Of a DNA stretch of 64,000 nucleotides, positions 31,034-41,634 are shown in pieces. The stretch covers positions 4,064,001 to 4,128,000 of the forward strand of contig OY970296.1 of NCBI GenBank assembly GCA_963716175.1, read 5' to 3'. The notes below the pieces were generated by a model. The model ran no database searches and had not been told where the DNA came from. It saw only the letters and a program-made list of their open reading frames with translations. The position numbers and the translations under genes are program-made. The DNA is from an uncultured Armatimonadetes bacterium. GTDB taxonomy: Bacteria > Armatimonadota > Hebobacteria > Hebobacterales > Hebobacteraceae. Position 1 is the stretch's first letter; each line of letters begins with the position of its first letter.

Positions 31034-32467
31034 ATGTCTGCTTACGAACCGAACATCGGCCTGGAAGTCCACGCTGAGCTGAACACGCGGACCAAGGTGT
31101 TCTGCGGTTGCTCGGCCGCGGTGGGAGCGCCGCCGAATGCACAGGTCTGCCCGGTGTGCCTGGGATTCCCCGGGGTGCTGCCCGTGCTCAACCGCCGGGT
31201 GGTGGACTACGCTCTGCGGATGGCGCTGGCGCTGCACTGCGAGATCGCCCGGCCCAGCATTTTCGAGCGCAAGGGATATTACTACCCGGACCTGCCCAAG
31301 AACTTCCAGATTTCCCAGAAGCGCGCGCCCCTGGGGCGCAATGGCTACCTCGATCTCGGCCTGGACGGTCGCACGTCGCGGGTTCGGATCACGGATGTGC
31401 ACATCGAGGAGGACGCGGCCAAGCTGCTGCACCCCAGCGAGAGCAAAGAAGAGACCCTGGTGGACTTCAACCGCTCCGGTATTCCGCTGTTGGAGATCGT
31501 GAGCGAGCCGGACATGCACTCGGCGGCGGAGACAGAAGCCTATATGAACGCCATTCGCAGCATCCTGCTCTATCTCGCCATCTCCGAGGCCCGCATGGAG
31601 CAGGGACAGGTGCGCTTCGAGGCCAGCGTTTCGCTGCGCCCCGCGGGCGCGTCGGAGCTGGGGACGCGAGTTGAGATCAAGAACCTGAACAGCTTCCGCG
31701 CTGTCACCGGAGCCGCTTCCTATGAGATTGCCCGCCAGACTCGCGCCCTGCAGTCAGGAGGGTTAATCGAGCAGGAGACGCGGCTGTGGGACGACGAGCG
31801 AGGCGTCACCGAGCCCATGCGGCGCAAGGAAAGCGCCATGGATTACCGCTACTTCCCGGAGCCCGACCTGGCGCCTCTGGTGATAGACGACGCCTGGATC
31901 GAGCGGGTGCGGGCCGAGCTGCCCGAGCTGCCGGAGGCGCGCCGGCAGCGCCTGATGCAGCAGTACAGTCTGTCCGACTACGATGCGGGCATCCTCACCG
32001 GGGAGAAGGCGCTGGCTGATTTCTTCGAGGCCACCGTGGCCGCGGGCGCGCCGCCCAAGGGGGCCGCGAACTGGCTGATGGTGGAGCTGCTGCGTCTGCT
32101 CAACGAGCGCCAGATGCAGATTGCCCAGGTGGCGGTCACGCCGGAGGCTCTGGCCGAGTTGGTCTCGCTGGTCGAGGCCGGCACCGTCAGCGCGCTGGCC
32201 GCGAAGAGCGTGTTCGCCCAGCTTTTCGGGCGCGGCGGCTCCGCCGCGGCCATCGTGGCCGAACTCGGCCTGGCTCAGATCAGCGACGAGGCCCAGCTCG
32301 CCGCGACCGTGGAGGAAGTGCTGACCGAGAACCCGGACGCGGTGGCCAACTTCAAGGCGGGAAACGAGAAGTCGCTGGGCTTCCTGGTCGGCCAGGTGAT
32401 GCGCAAGAGCGGCAAGCGCGCCAACCCGCAACTGGTGAACAAGCTCCTCCGAGATCGGCTCCTGTAG
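31034..32467 (+). CDS. gatB: Asp/Glu-tRNA amidotransferase subunit B
   Basis: IGLEVHAEL, CPVCLGFPGVLP, YPDLPKNFQISQ, HIEEDA, EIKNLNS, YRYFPEPDL. Confidence 0.97.
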   Translation: MSAYEPNIGLEVHAELNTRTKVFCGCSAAVGAPPNAQVCPVCLGFPGVLPVLNRRVVDYALRMALALHCEIARPSIFERKGYYYPDLPKNFQISQKRAPLGRNGYLDLGLDGRTSRVRITDVHIEEDAAKLLHPSESKEETLVDFNRSGIPLLEIVSEPDMHSAAETEAYMNAIRSILLYLAISEARMEQGQVRFEASVSLRPAGASELGTRVEIKNLNSFRAVTGAASYEIARQTRALQSGGLIEQETRLWDDERGVTEPMRRKESAMDYRYFPEPDLAPLVIDDAWIERVRAELPELPEARRQRLMQQYSLSDYDAGILTGEKALADFFEATVAAGAPPKGAANWLMVELLRLLNERQMQIAQVAVTPEALAELVSLVEAGTVSALAAKSVFAQLFGRGGSAAAIVAELGLAQISDEAQLAATVEEVLTENPDAVANFKAGNEKSLGFLVGQVMRKSGKRANPQLVNKLLRDRLL

Positions 32468-32617
32468 GGCGGGCATGTCTCTGCATGCCCGCCGGCCGTT
32501 GCCCTTCTGTAGGGCGGGCATTCCCATGCCCGCCGGGGCAGGCCTGCCCTACCCCGCGCCGTCGTTGTAGGGGCGTGATTCATCACGCCCAGGGCGCAAT
32601 GAATTGCTCCCCTACAG
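32462..32617. repeat. Cluster of GTAG-type REP-like hairpins
   Basis: Two CTGTAGGGCGGGCAT units plus GTAGGGGCGTGATTCATCACGCCC and GGGCGCAATGAATTGCTCCCCTAC. Confidence 0.9.
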
Positions 32618-32668
32618 AGGCCTCCGTATCTGGTACAATAGACCAGCTTCCATACCGAGGGACGTCCC

Positions 32669-32705
32669 CAAAAAGATCGGGGCCCGCCGAGAAAGCGGGC
32701 CCCGA
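32669..32705 (-). terminator. Intrinsic terminator
   Basis: TCGGGGCCCGC-N7-GCGGGCCCCGA followed by TCTTTTT on the minus strand. Confidence 0.85.
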
Positions 32706-32820
32706 ATCGGTTTGCGAAGGTGACGGCCAACGAGGCGATGTCACCTAGGAACGCTAGGCAACCACCTACGCGGCGGCCACCTCCGGTCTATGTAACATAG
32801 GACACCACCTCCTTTCTCTA
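32669..32820 (-). ncRNA. Candidate ~150-nt small RNA / micropeptide mRNA (ORF 32766-32798, MLHRPEVAAA)
   Basis: Own promoter, AGAAAGGAGGTG SD, 10-codon ORF, internal hairpins, terminator. Confidence 0.6.
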
Positions 32821-32825
32821 CTCAG

Positions 32826-32854
32826 AAAGTACCACATTTGGGCAGCCCGGTCAA
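32826..32854 (-). promoter_or_regulatory. Sigma70-type promoter of the small transcript
   Basis: TTGACC-17 bp-TACTTT with extended TG. Confidence 0.7.
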
Positions 32855-32899
32855 CCGCCCCGCGGCCGCTACGCGGACGCAGCCCGTCTGGTCTTCTCC

Positions 32900-32925
32900 G
32901 TTGGGCAGGAGCTGGCCTCCTGCCC
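32900..32925 (+). repeat. GTTG-type REP-like hairpin
   Basis: GTTGGGCAGGAGCTGGCCTCCTGCCC. Confidence 0.75.
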
Positions 32926-32963
32926 CCGCTGTGCCTCTGCGCCCCTGTGGTTCGGCCCTGCCG

Positions 32964-33404
32964 TCACACGTCGAACACCACGTGCCCCCGCCACAGCCCG
33001 TCCTGCTGCCAGATACGCAGCTCGTGGTAGGTCACAGCCTTCACCGGGGCGCCGGTGTGGGGCGTCTCCCGTGGCGCCGGGCCGCCCCGCGCCCGCGCCC
33101 GGAGCCGCCAGGGGTTCTCGCTCAGCGCCTCCACCTCGAACTCGCAGGGCACCGCCTCGTCCCTCTCCGCCACCCAGAGCAGCTCCGAGAGCCAGGCGTG
33201 CAGCAGATCCTCCAGGGAATCCGCCTCCACCTCTACCGCCCACTCCTGCTGGCGGCCGATGGCGTCCAAGTCCTCGCTCAGGCTGAACATCCCCTCCGCC
33301 GCCGCGCAGAAAAGCTCCGGAACCGTCCCACCCCAGGCCTCAATCGCCTTGTCCGCGGTGTGTGGAAGGAACTCAAAGCCGCGGCTTCCCGCCTCGTTCG
33401 CCAT
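32964..33404 (-). CDS. Archease
   Basis: FEFLPHTAD, WLSELL, VKAVTYH, C-terminal VFDV. Confidence 0.93.
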   Translation of the reverse strand: MANEAGSRGFEFLPHTADKAIEAWGGTVPELFCAAAEGMFSLSEDLDAIGRQQEWAVEVEADSLEDLLHAWLSELLWVAERDEAVPCEFEVEALSENPWRLRARARGGPAPRETPHTGAPVKAVTYHELRIWQQDGLWRGHVVFDV

Positions 33405-33418
33405 GCCCTAGGATTTCC

Positions 33419-33494
33419 GTTGGGCAGGGGCGTGCCCCTGCCACTATCCGCTGGGCAGCAGCTTCAGTCGCCTCTGGCGACGTGCCTCCTGCCC
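33419..33494 (+). repeat. Two GTTG/GCTG-type REP-like hairpins
   Basis: GTTGGGCAGGGGCGTGCCCCTGCC; GCTGGGCAGCAGCTTCAGTCGCCTCTGGCGACGTGCCTCCTGCCC. Confidence 0.8.
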
Positions 33495-33552
33495 GGTTCG
33501 CCGCCGTGGTATAATGGCTGTTGGCCAAGTACAGCTCTGCGCGGAGGGAGTG

Positions 33553-33756
33553 ATGGTCTTCAAGGTGTTACTCGAGCCTAGTGATGAGGGTGGCTACACC
33601 GCGCTCGTCCCTGCTCTTCCCGGGTGCATCAGCGAGGGCGAGAGCGTCGAGGAGGCCATGAAGAACATCCGTGAGGCGATAGAGCTCTACCTGGAACCTG
33701 TGGATGGAGGCAACCTCGAGAAGGAAGGCGTCCTGGTCAGGGAACTTGCGCTGTGA
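33553..33756 (+). CDS. hicB: HicB-family antitoxin (short form)
   Basis: EGGYTALVPALPGCISEGESVEEAMKNIREAI; TGGTATAAT upstream. Confidence 0.92.
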   Translation: MVFKVLLEPSDEGGYTALVPALPGCISEGESVEEAMKNIREAIELYLEPVDGGNLEKEGVLVRELAL

Positions 33757-33980
33757 GCAAGGTTCCCAGCCTTCCGTACACTGACATCATCCGCGCCCTG
33801 GAACGGACTGGCTGGACCGGCGTGCCTCAACGTGGGAGTCACATCCGCCTGCACAAGATGGTGGGCAGCGAAGTGCTTAGGCTGACCGTTCCCGCCCACA
33901 AACCAGTCAAACGCTCAACCCTCTCACACATCCTCAAGCAAGCGCGGCTGGACGTGGACGACTTTCTCGCGCTGCTCTGA
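33753..33980 (+). CDS. hicA: HicA-family mRNA interferase toxin
   Basis: QRGSHIRL...TVPAH...TLSHILKQA; GTGA overlap with hicB. Confidence 0.92.
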   Translation: MSKVPSLPYTDIIRALERTGWTGVPQRGSHIRLHKMVGSEVLRLTVPAHKPVKRSTLSHILKQARLDVDDFLALL

Positions 33981-34083
33981 CTTCGCCGAAACCAGTAGTC
34001 AGAAGAGACCTGGCTGGGCCCTTCGGGCCGCCACCCCGGCCTGCGGCAGGCAGGCTTAGAGGCTCCTGTCCTGCATCTTGTCT

Positions 34084-34111
34084 ATCTGCGCCATCTGCGT
34101 AATCTGCGGAT
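34084..34111. repeat. 9-bp-period ATCTGCG repeat (also 37334-37361, 40331-40367, 56749-56776)
   Basis: ATCTGCGCCATCTGCGTAATCTGCGGAT and close variants. Confidence 0.8.
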
Positions 34112-34115
34112 GTCC

Positions 34116-36671
34116 CTACCCCTCCCTCCCCTCCACCGCCACCCGCGCGATGTTGGCGACCTGGTCGCCGGGATCGAGGCGGATGAGGCGCACGCCCTGG
34201 GTGGAGCGGCCGATGCGGCGGAGGTCGGCGATGCGCTGGCGGATGACCTGGCCCGCGGTGGTGATGATCATCAGGTCCTCCCCCTGGTCCACGATCCGCA
34301 TCCCCACCACCGGCCCATTGCGCTTGGTGATGTTCAGGGTCTTGACCCCGATCCCACCCCGGCCCTGGGCGTGATACTCGTCCAGCGCGGTGCGCTTGCC
34401 GTGGCCCTCGCGGGTCGCCACCAGCACATCCGCGCCGGAGCGCGCCGCCCCCATGCCCACCACCACATCGCCCTTGCGCAGACGGATGCCCCGCACCCCG
34501 GTGGCGGGCCGGCCCATGGGGCGGACCTCCTCCTCCGCGAACCGGATCGCCATCCCCCGCTCTGTCACCATGATGATCTCGCGCCGGCCATCGGTCTCGA
34601 TTACCCAATGCAGCTCATCATCATCCGCCAGGCCAATGGCGATGATCCCACCCTTCACCCGGGTGTCATATTCGCTCAGGCGCGTCTTCTTCACCACCCC
34701 CCGCCTGGTGGCCATGAACAGGTAGCGGTCCTCCGAGAACTCCTTGATCGCCCGCACCCCGGTCACTCGCTCCCCGGACTCGATCTGGATCAAGTTGATC
34801 GCGGCGGTGCCGCGCGCCTGGCGGCTGGCCAGCGGCACCTCGTGCGCCCGCAGCCGGTAGACCTTGCCCCGGTTGGTGAAGAACAGGATGGTGGTGTGGG
34901 TGCTGGCGACAAACAGCTGCTCGACCACGTCCTCCTCTTTGCGGTTGAGCCCGATCACGCCCTTGCCGCCGCGGCCCTGCACCCGGTAGGTATCAACAGG
35001 CAAGCGCTTGATATAGCCATCCCGGGTCATGGTGATGACCATATCCTCTTCTGCGATCAGATCCTCCACGCTCAGGTCCTGCGCCTCACCCGCCCTGATC
35101 TGGGTGCGCCGCTCGTCCCCCCGCTGCGCCTTCAGCTCCAGCAGCTCGTTCTTCACGATCTGCATCACTTTGCGCGGCTGCCAGAGATGCTTGCGCAGCC
35201 AGGCCCGGGTTGCCGCCACCCGACCCTCGTTGCCCGCCAGGCCGGCGAGCGCGGGCCCCAGCGTATCCTCGAGCTGGGCGATAGTCTTGATCACCTCCCG
35301 ATACTCCTCCTCGATCTTCTCCCGCTCCAGGCTGGTCAGGCGCTGCAGCATGAGTTCGAGGATGGCCTGCGCCTGCCGCTCCGAGAGCTTGAACCGCCCC
35401 ATCAGGCGCTCTCGCGCGGCCGGGGGATTGGCCGCCTTGCGGATGATGGCGATCACCTCGTCCAGGTGCGTGAGCGCGACTCGATAGCCCTCCAGGATAT
35501 GCGCCCGCGCCTGCGCCCGCTCCAGGTCGTGCTGGCAGCGCAGCACCACCACTTCCCGGCGGTGGTCGAGGAACTGCTTGATCAAATCAACCAGCCCCAG
35601 GGTGCGCGGCACCAGGGGCACTCCCTCGCCCGGCTTCTGCGCGCTGTAGTCTGGGATCAGGCCCACCATGTTCGCCGGGAAGCTGGTGCGCATGCGGGTG
35701 TTCTTATAGAGCTGGTTGAGCAAGACGTGGGGGTTGCCCTCCCGCCTCAGCTCGATCACCACTCGCATCCCTTTGCGGTCGGACTCATCTCGCAGCGCGC
35801 TCACGCCCTGAATCCTCTTGCTGGTGACCAGCTCCGCGATCTGCTCCACCAGTTGCGCCTTGTTCACCTGGTAGGGCAGCTCGGTGATGATAATGGCGCT
35901 GCGGCCGCCCTCCATGGGCTCGATCGTCGCCCGCGCCTGCATAGTGATGGAACCGCGGCCGGTCTCGTAGGCCTGCTTGATGCCGGACTTGCCCAGGATC
36001 ATGGCCCCCGTGGGGAAGTCCGGGCCGGGCAGCACCTTCATCACTTCCTTCAGGCTGGCGTCCGCGTCCTGGATCAGCAAGGCGCAGGCGTCCACGACTT
36101 CACCCAGGTTCTGGGGCGGGATGTTGGTCGCCATCCCCACCGCGATCCCGGAGCCGCCGTTGCAGAGCAGGTTGGGGAAGCATCCTGGCAGCACCGTCGG
36201 CTCGGTGCGGGTCTGGTCGTAGTTGGGGACGAAGTCCACCGTGTCCCGGTCAATGTCGGCCAGCATCTCCGCGCCATAGGCCGACATGCGGGCCTCGGTG
36301 TACCGCATCGCCGCCGGCGGGTCGCCATCCACGGAGCCGAAGTTGCCGTGCCCATCCACCAGCGGATAGCGCATGTTCCAGTCCTGCGCCAGCCGCGCCA
36401 GCGTGGGATAGATCACCTCCTGGCCGTGGGGATGGTAGTTGCCCTGCGTATCGCCCGCGATCTTGGCGCACTTGCGGTGCTGCGCGCCGGCAGTGAGGTT
36501 GAGGTCGTGCATCGCGACCAGAATGCGCCGCTGCGCCGGCTTCAACCCATCTCGCACATCCGGCAGCGCCCGCGCGATAATCACGCTCATGGCGAAGGTC
36601 ATGAACGAATCGCGCATCTCCTGCTCGATCTCGACCTGCGTCTCTCCCAGTTGTCTCTTCGGCTCAGCCAT
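34116..36671 (-). CDS. gyrA: DNA gyrase subunit A
   Basis: RALPDVRDGLKP, YHPHG, AAMRYTE, GyrA box QGRGGKG. Confidence 0.98.
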   Translation of the reverse strand: MAEPKRQLGETQVEIEQEMRDSFMTFAMSVIIARALPDVRDGLKPAQRRILVAMHDLNLTAGAQHRKCAKIAGDTQGNYHPHGQEVIYPTLARLAQDWNMRYPLVDGHGNFGSVDGDPPAAMRYTEARMSAYGAEMLADIDRDTVDFVPNYDQTRTEPTVLPGCFPNLLCNGGSGIAVGMATNIPPQNLGEVVDACALLIQDADASLKEVMKVLPGPDFPTGAMILGKSGIKQAYETGRGSITMQARATIEPMEGGRSAIIITELPYQVNKAQLVEQIAELVTSKRIQGVSALRDESDRKGMRVVIELRREGNPHVLLNQLYKNTRMRTSFPANMVGLIPDYSAQKPGEGVPLVPRTLGLVDLIKQFLDHRREVVVLRCQHDLERAQARAHILEGYRVALTHLDEVIAIIRKAANPPAARERLMGRFKLSERQAQAILELMLQRLTSLEREKIEEEYREVIKTIAQLEDTLGPALAGLAGNEGRVAATRAWLRKHLWQPRKVMQIVKNELLELKAQRGDERRTQIRAGEAQDLSVEDLIAEEDMVITMTRDGYIKRLPVDTYRVQGRGGKGVIGLNRKEEDVVEQLFVASTHTTILFFTNRGKVYRLRAHEVPLASRQARGTAAINLIQIESGERVTGVRAIKEFSEDRYLFMATRRGVVKKTRLSEYDTRVKGGIIAIGLADDDELHWVIETDGRREIIMVTERGMAIRFAEEEVRPMGRPATGVRGIRLRKGDVVVGMGAARSGADVLVATREGHGKRTALDEYHAQGRGGIGVKTLNITKRNGPVVGMRIVDQGEDLMIITTAGQVIRQRIADLRRIGRSTQGVRLIRLDPGDQVANIARVAVEGREG

Positions 36672-36690
36672 ATCTCAGCACTATCTCCAA

Positions 36691-37261
36691 GTTGTCATCC
36701 TGAGCGAGGGCGAAGCCCGACGCGAAGGACCCCGCCGTTTGAGTGGCACAGGCGCCTGCCCTTCGGGGCCTTCGCGAAGGAGGGTCCCGCCTGTGACCGT
36801 TGGGCAGGAGCTTGTCTCCTGCCAGTTGTTCAACTCGCTAGACGGGGGCGCGTCTCCTGCGCTAGCGGATTCGACCTGACGTAGCGGTCAGCGGCACCAT
36901 CCAAGGGAACTCACTTGGACTGGCGATACTGCCGCTTCTCCACTGCCCTCTGAAACTTCGTCCAATCAAGCTCGAAAAAGACCTTCTTGCTATTGGCGGG
37001 CCACCACTCTATCGTCCCCTCGCTGATCTTCAGAGTACCCAACGTCTTGGTCTTGGGAGTACCCGAAGCAGGTCTCATCTTGACCTTGAATACGACGTCT
37101 GCCTTACCCAGTGTTACCTCTGGAACCTTGGATAACGTCACCGTGTGGTCCACTGCCTGACCTCCTCTCTCGACACGCTGTAGTCAGGTTCGGCAGGAGC
37201 TTGCTCCTGCCCTAACTGCCCAGACCACGGCGGGATTCTTCGCTGCGCTCAGAATGACAAC
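36691..37261. mobile_element. Inverted-repeat-bracketed unit carrying one small gene
   Basis: Outer IR GTTGTCATCCTGAGCG / CGCTCAGAATGACAAC (15/16); inner inverted REP pair 36799-36823 and 37192-37216. Confidence 0.55.
36911..37153 (-). CDS. Small basic hypothetical protein (80 aa)
   Basis: RBS GAGGAGGT, AT-richer codons, LGTLKISEGTIEWWP. Confidence 0.8.
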   Translation of the reverse strand: MDHTVTLSKVPEVTLGKADVVFKVKMRPASGTPKTKTLGTLKISEGTIEWWPANSKKVFFELDWTKFQRAVEKRQYRQSK

Positions 37262-37263
37262 AG

Positions 37264-37327
37264 AACGGCCGGCGGGCATGCCCTTCGACCGCGCATCAGG
37301 GTGAACTCCGACATGCCCGCCCTACAG
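37264..37327 (-). repeat. GTAG-type REP-like unit with loop insert
   Basis: AACGGCCGGCGGGCATGC...GACATGCCCGCCCTACAG. Confidence 0.85.
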
Positions 37328-37375
37328 CATCTCATCTGTGCCATCTGCGTAATCTGCGGATAGTGTCGTTCGCCG

Positions 37376-39365
<1,990 letters not shown>

Positions 39366-39490
39366 GAACTCCTTCGTAACCACCTGACTGGCGATTTCGC
39401 GGCCCCGTGGAACCCCCCGCTCAGAGCTCTCTCAGCCCGGCCGCCAGGCGAGAAAATGCTAGGCTAGGCCTAGCTTTTTCCGACCCACTG

Positions 39491-39519
39491 AGTATACCAT
39501 TTCCGGCCCGAAGAATCAA
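39491..39519 (-). promoter_or_regulatory. gyrB promoter
   Basis: TTGATT-17 bp-TATACT with extended TG. Confidence 0.7.
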
Positions 39520-39659
39520 GCGAAACCGGGGTCCACGCCACCTCTATTTCGCCCTCGGCCACGCCTTCTTTCGAGCATAAGTGCATACATCGCAGTGTAT
39601 ATCAAAACACACAGCATGCTGAGAACCCGTACCCCGGCCTGCCTCCCGGACCTGGCCAC

Positions 39660-40181
39660 CTAGATCCCCAGGTCCCTCTTCCGAAACAGTGCCGCGGGCT
39701 CGAACCCGGCCGCCGTGATGTTAGCTTCGGCGCCCTCCTCACGGTCAATCACGTAGAGAATGCGGACAACTTGCAGGCCCAGGTTGGTGAGGCGCTGGGC
39801 GGCCGAGATGGCCTGGGAGGCCGTGGTCAGCACGTCCTCCACCAGCACCACTCGCTCGCCGGGGTTCATGACTCCCTCGATCTCTTTGGCGGTGCCGTAC
39901 TCCTTTGCCTCCCGGCGCACGATCAGATACGGGATGCCGGTCTCGAGGGCGAGCGCGGTCGCCAGAGGCACGCCGCCCAGCTCCACCCCAGCGATCCTAT
40001 CCGGGGGCGGCGAGGGCAGCAGACCGGCCAAGGCCTTCGCGATCTCACCCAGCAGCTTGGGCTCAGTCTCGAACCGCCACTTGTCGAGGTAGTACCTGCT
40101 CCGCTTCCCGGAGGAGAGGATGAAATCACCCTCGAGATAGGCGGCGGCCTTGACGGCCTGAGCCAGTTCCGTTCGAGTCAA
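39660..40181 (-). CDS. pyrE: Orotate phosphoribosyltransferase
   Basis: FILSSGKRSRYYLDK, AKEYGT, VLVEDVLTT, VIDREEG. Confidence 0.93.
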   Translation of the reverse strand: MTRTELAQAVKAAAYLEGDFILSSGKRSRYYLDKWRFETEPKLLGEIAKALAGLLPSPPPDRIAGVELGGVPLATALALETGIPYLIVRREAKEYGTAKEIEGVMNPGERVVLVEDVLTTASQAISAAQRLTNLGLQVVRILYVIDREEGAEANITAAGFEPAALFRKRDLGI

Positions 40182-40211
40182 GGCAATGCTCCTCAACGGC
40201 CGATCTGTGGA

Positions 40212-40367
40212 CTACGCGGATTGCACAGATCCGAGGCGGCCATGCGCATGCCCGCCCGTGGCATTTCCGTTGGGCAGGAGCTTTAGTCGCCTCTGGCGAC
40301 CTGCTCCTGCCCGCTTCTCGCCTTTCCCTCATCTGTGTAATCTGCGCAATCTGCGTAATCTGCGGAT
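40212..40367. repeat. Composite repeat cluster (ATCTGCG arms enclosing REP-like hairpins)
   Basis: CTACGCGGATTGCACAGAT ... GTTGGGCAGGAGCTTTAGTCGCCTCTGGCGACCTGCTCCTGCCC ... ATCTGTGTAATCTGCGCAATCTGCGTAATCTGCGGAT. Confidence 0.8.
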
Positions 40368-40371
40368 ACTT

Positions 40372-40935
40372 CTAGTATTCGATCCCCGGCCGCGCGCTCA
40401 CTCCCTGCCCATAGGGATGCTTGACCGCTTTCATCTCGGTCACCAGATCCGCGGCCCGGATGATCTCTTCCGGCGCGCCGCGGCCCGTGAGGACAAGCTC
40501 GACCGCCGGCGGCTTGGCGCAGACCAGCTCCATGAGCTGATCGAGCGAGAGCAGCTGATACTGCAGGGCCTGGAAGATCTCGTCCAGCACCACCAGATCA
40601 TAGCTTCCGCTGGAGAGGGCGCGCCGGGCGAAGACGGTCCCCTCCTGGGCCTTGGCGCGGTCTTCCTCCGACGGTGGGAGCTGCCACCAGGGCGTGCCCT
40701 CCGGCGCCTTGCTGGGATCACCCCACCGGGCTGCGGAGAACCAATGGAACTCCAGCTCGGGGCCCAGGCGAGCCGCGGCTTTGCGCTCTCCCAGGTCCCA
40801 GTTCCCTTTCATAAACTGGATGAAGCAGACCCGCAGTCCGTGGCCCGCCGCGCGCAGCGCCAGGCCCAAGGCGGCCGTGGTCTTGCCCTTGCCATCACCC
40901 GTGTAGACTTGCACCAGGCCGCGAGCTAGTGGCAT
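40372..40935 (-). CDS. cobO: Cob(I)alamin adenosyltransferase (CobO/BtuR)
   Basis: YTGDGKGKTTAALG, IQFMKG, VLDEI, LTGR, KHPY...GIEY. Confidence 0.93.
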   Translation of the reverse strand: MPLARGLVQVYTGDGKGKTTAALGLALRAAGHGLRVCFIQFMKGNWDLGERKAAARLGPELEFHWFSAARWGDPSKAPEGTPWWQLPPSEEDRAKAQEGTVFARRALSSGSYDLVVLDEIFQALQYQLLSLDQLMELVCAKPPAVELVLTGRGAPEEIIRAADLVTEMKAVKHPYGQGVSARPGIEY

Positions 40936-40938
40936 GCT

Positions 40939-41634
40939 CTACTCCAGCGCCTCGCTGGGCCCGGGCGCCAGGCCTTCCAGATGGCAAATGTCGTTCAAGG
41001 TCACCAGCCGCAGCACATCCACAGTGCCGCGGAGCGTGGTGATGGAGCCATTCGCAATGAAGCTCAGGCTCCACAACGACATGGGGATGCGCAGGGTGTC
41101 GTAGACCACAGACTTGATCGGGCCTCCGTGGGTGGCGATGGCGACATTCCCCCCAGCGTGAGACTCAATGATGCGCCGCATGACTTCCATTACCCGCTCG
41201 CACATCTCCGGCTGTCTCTCCCCGTCCGGCGGGGACTTGAGCAGGCGATTGGCCTGCCACCCGAGGAACCAGCTCCCGGAAGTGCGGGCGGCCTCTTGCA
41301 GGGTCTTTCCTTCCAGCACCCCAAAGCTGCGCTCGCGCAGGGCCGGTGATACCGTGACCTTCAGGCCCCGGCCGGCCGCAATCAACTCGGCCGTTTCCTG
41401 GGCCCGCGGCAGGTCGCTGGCGTAGATGGCATCCAGCTTGATCCCGGCCAGCCGCTGCGCCGCGCGCCGGCCCTGCTCTCGCCCCCGCTGGGTGAGGCCG
41501 GAGTGCTGCTGTCCCTGCACTCGGCCCGCCACATTCCACACCGTCTCGCCGTGGCGGACCAGGAACAGCGTGGTCTCCCGCTCCTCCTCTTCCTCCGGCC
41601 TTCCCCATGTCATGCTGCCTGCGGAACTCGTCAT
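40939..41634 (-). CDS. Histidine phosphatase family protein
   Basis: LVRHGET, ASDLPRAQETA, LRERSFG, THGG. Confidence 0.9.
   Translation of the reverse strand: MTSSAGSMTWGRPEEEEERETTLFLVRHGETVWNVAGRVQGQQHSGLTQRGREQGRRAAQRLAGIKLDAIYASDLPRAQETAELIAAGRGLKVTVSPALRERSFGVLEGKTLQEAARTSGSWFLGWQANRLLKSPPDGERQPEMCERVMEVMRRIIESHAGGNVAIATHGGPIKSVVYDTLRIPMSLWSLSFIANGSITTLRGTVDVLRLVTLNDICHLEGLAPGPSEALE

Noticed and set aside
32462-32617. CRISPR array
   Set aside because: Units are irregular, partly inverted palindromes without constant-length unique spacers; no cas genes
32669-32854. tmRNA (peptide ends in AAA) or 16S rRNA fragment
   Set aside because: No tRNA-like ends; similarity to 16S is limited to the 12-nt anti-SD complement
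34110-36884. Long antisense or alternate-frame ORFs (e.g. 34110..36884, 1475..3466, 56523..58256, 62201..63799)
   Set aside because: Shadow ORFs expected opposite real genes in high-GC DNA; no recognisable motifs
39520-39660. Replication origin near gyrB
   Set aside because: Only a short AT-richer patch; no TTATCCACA DnaA boxes and no dnaA/dnaN
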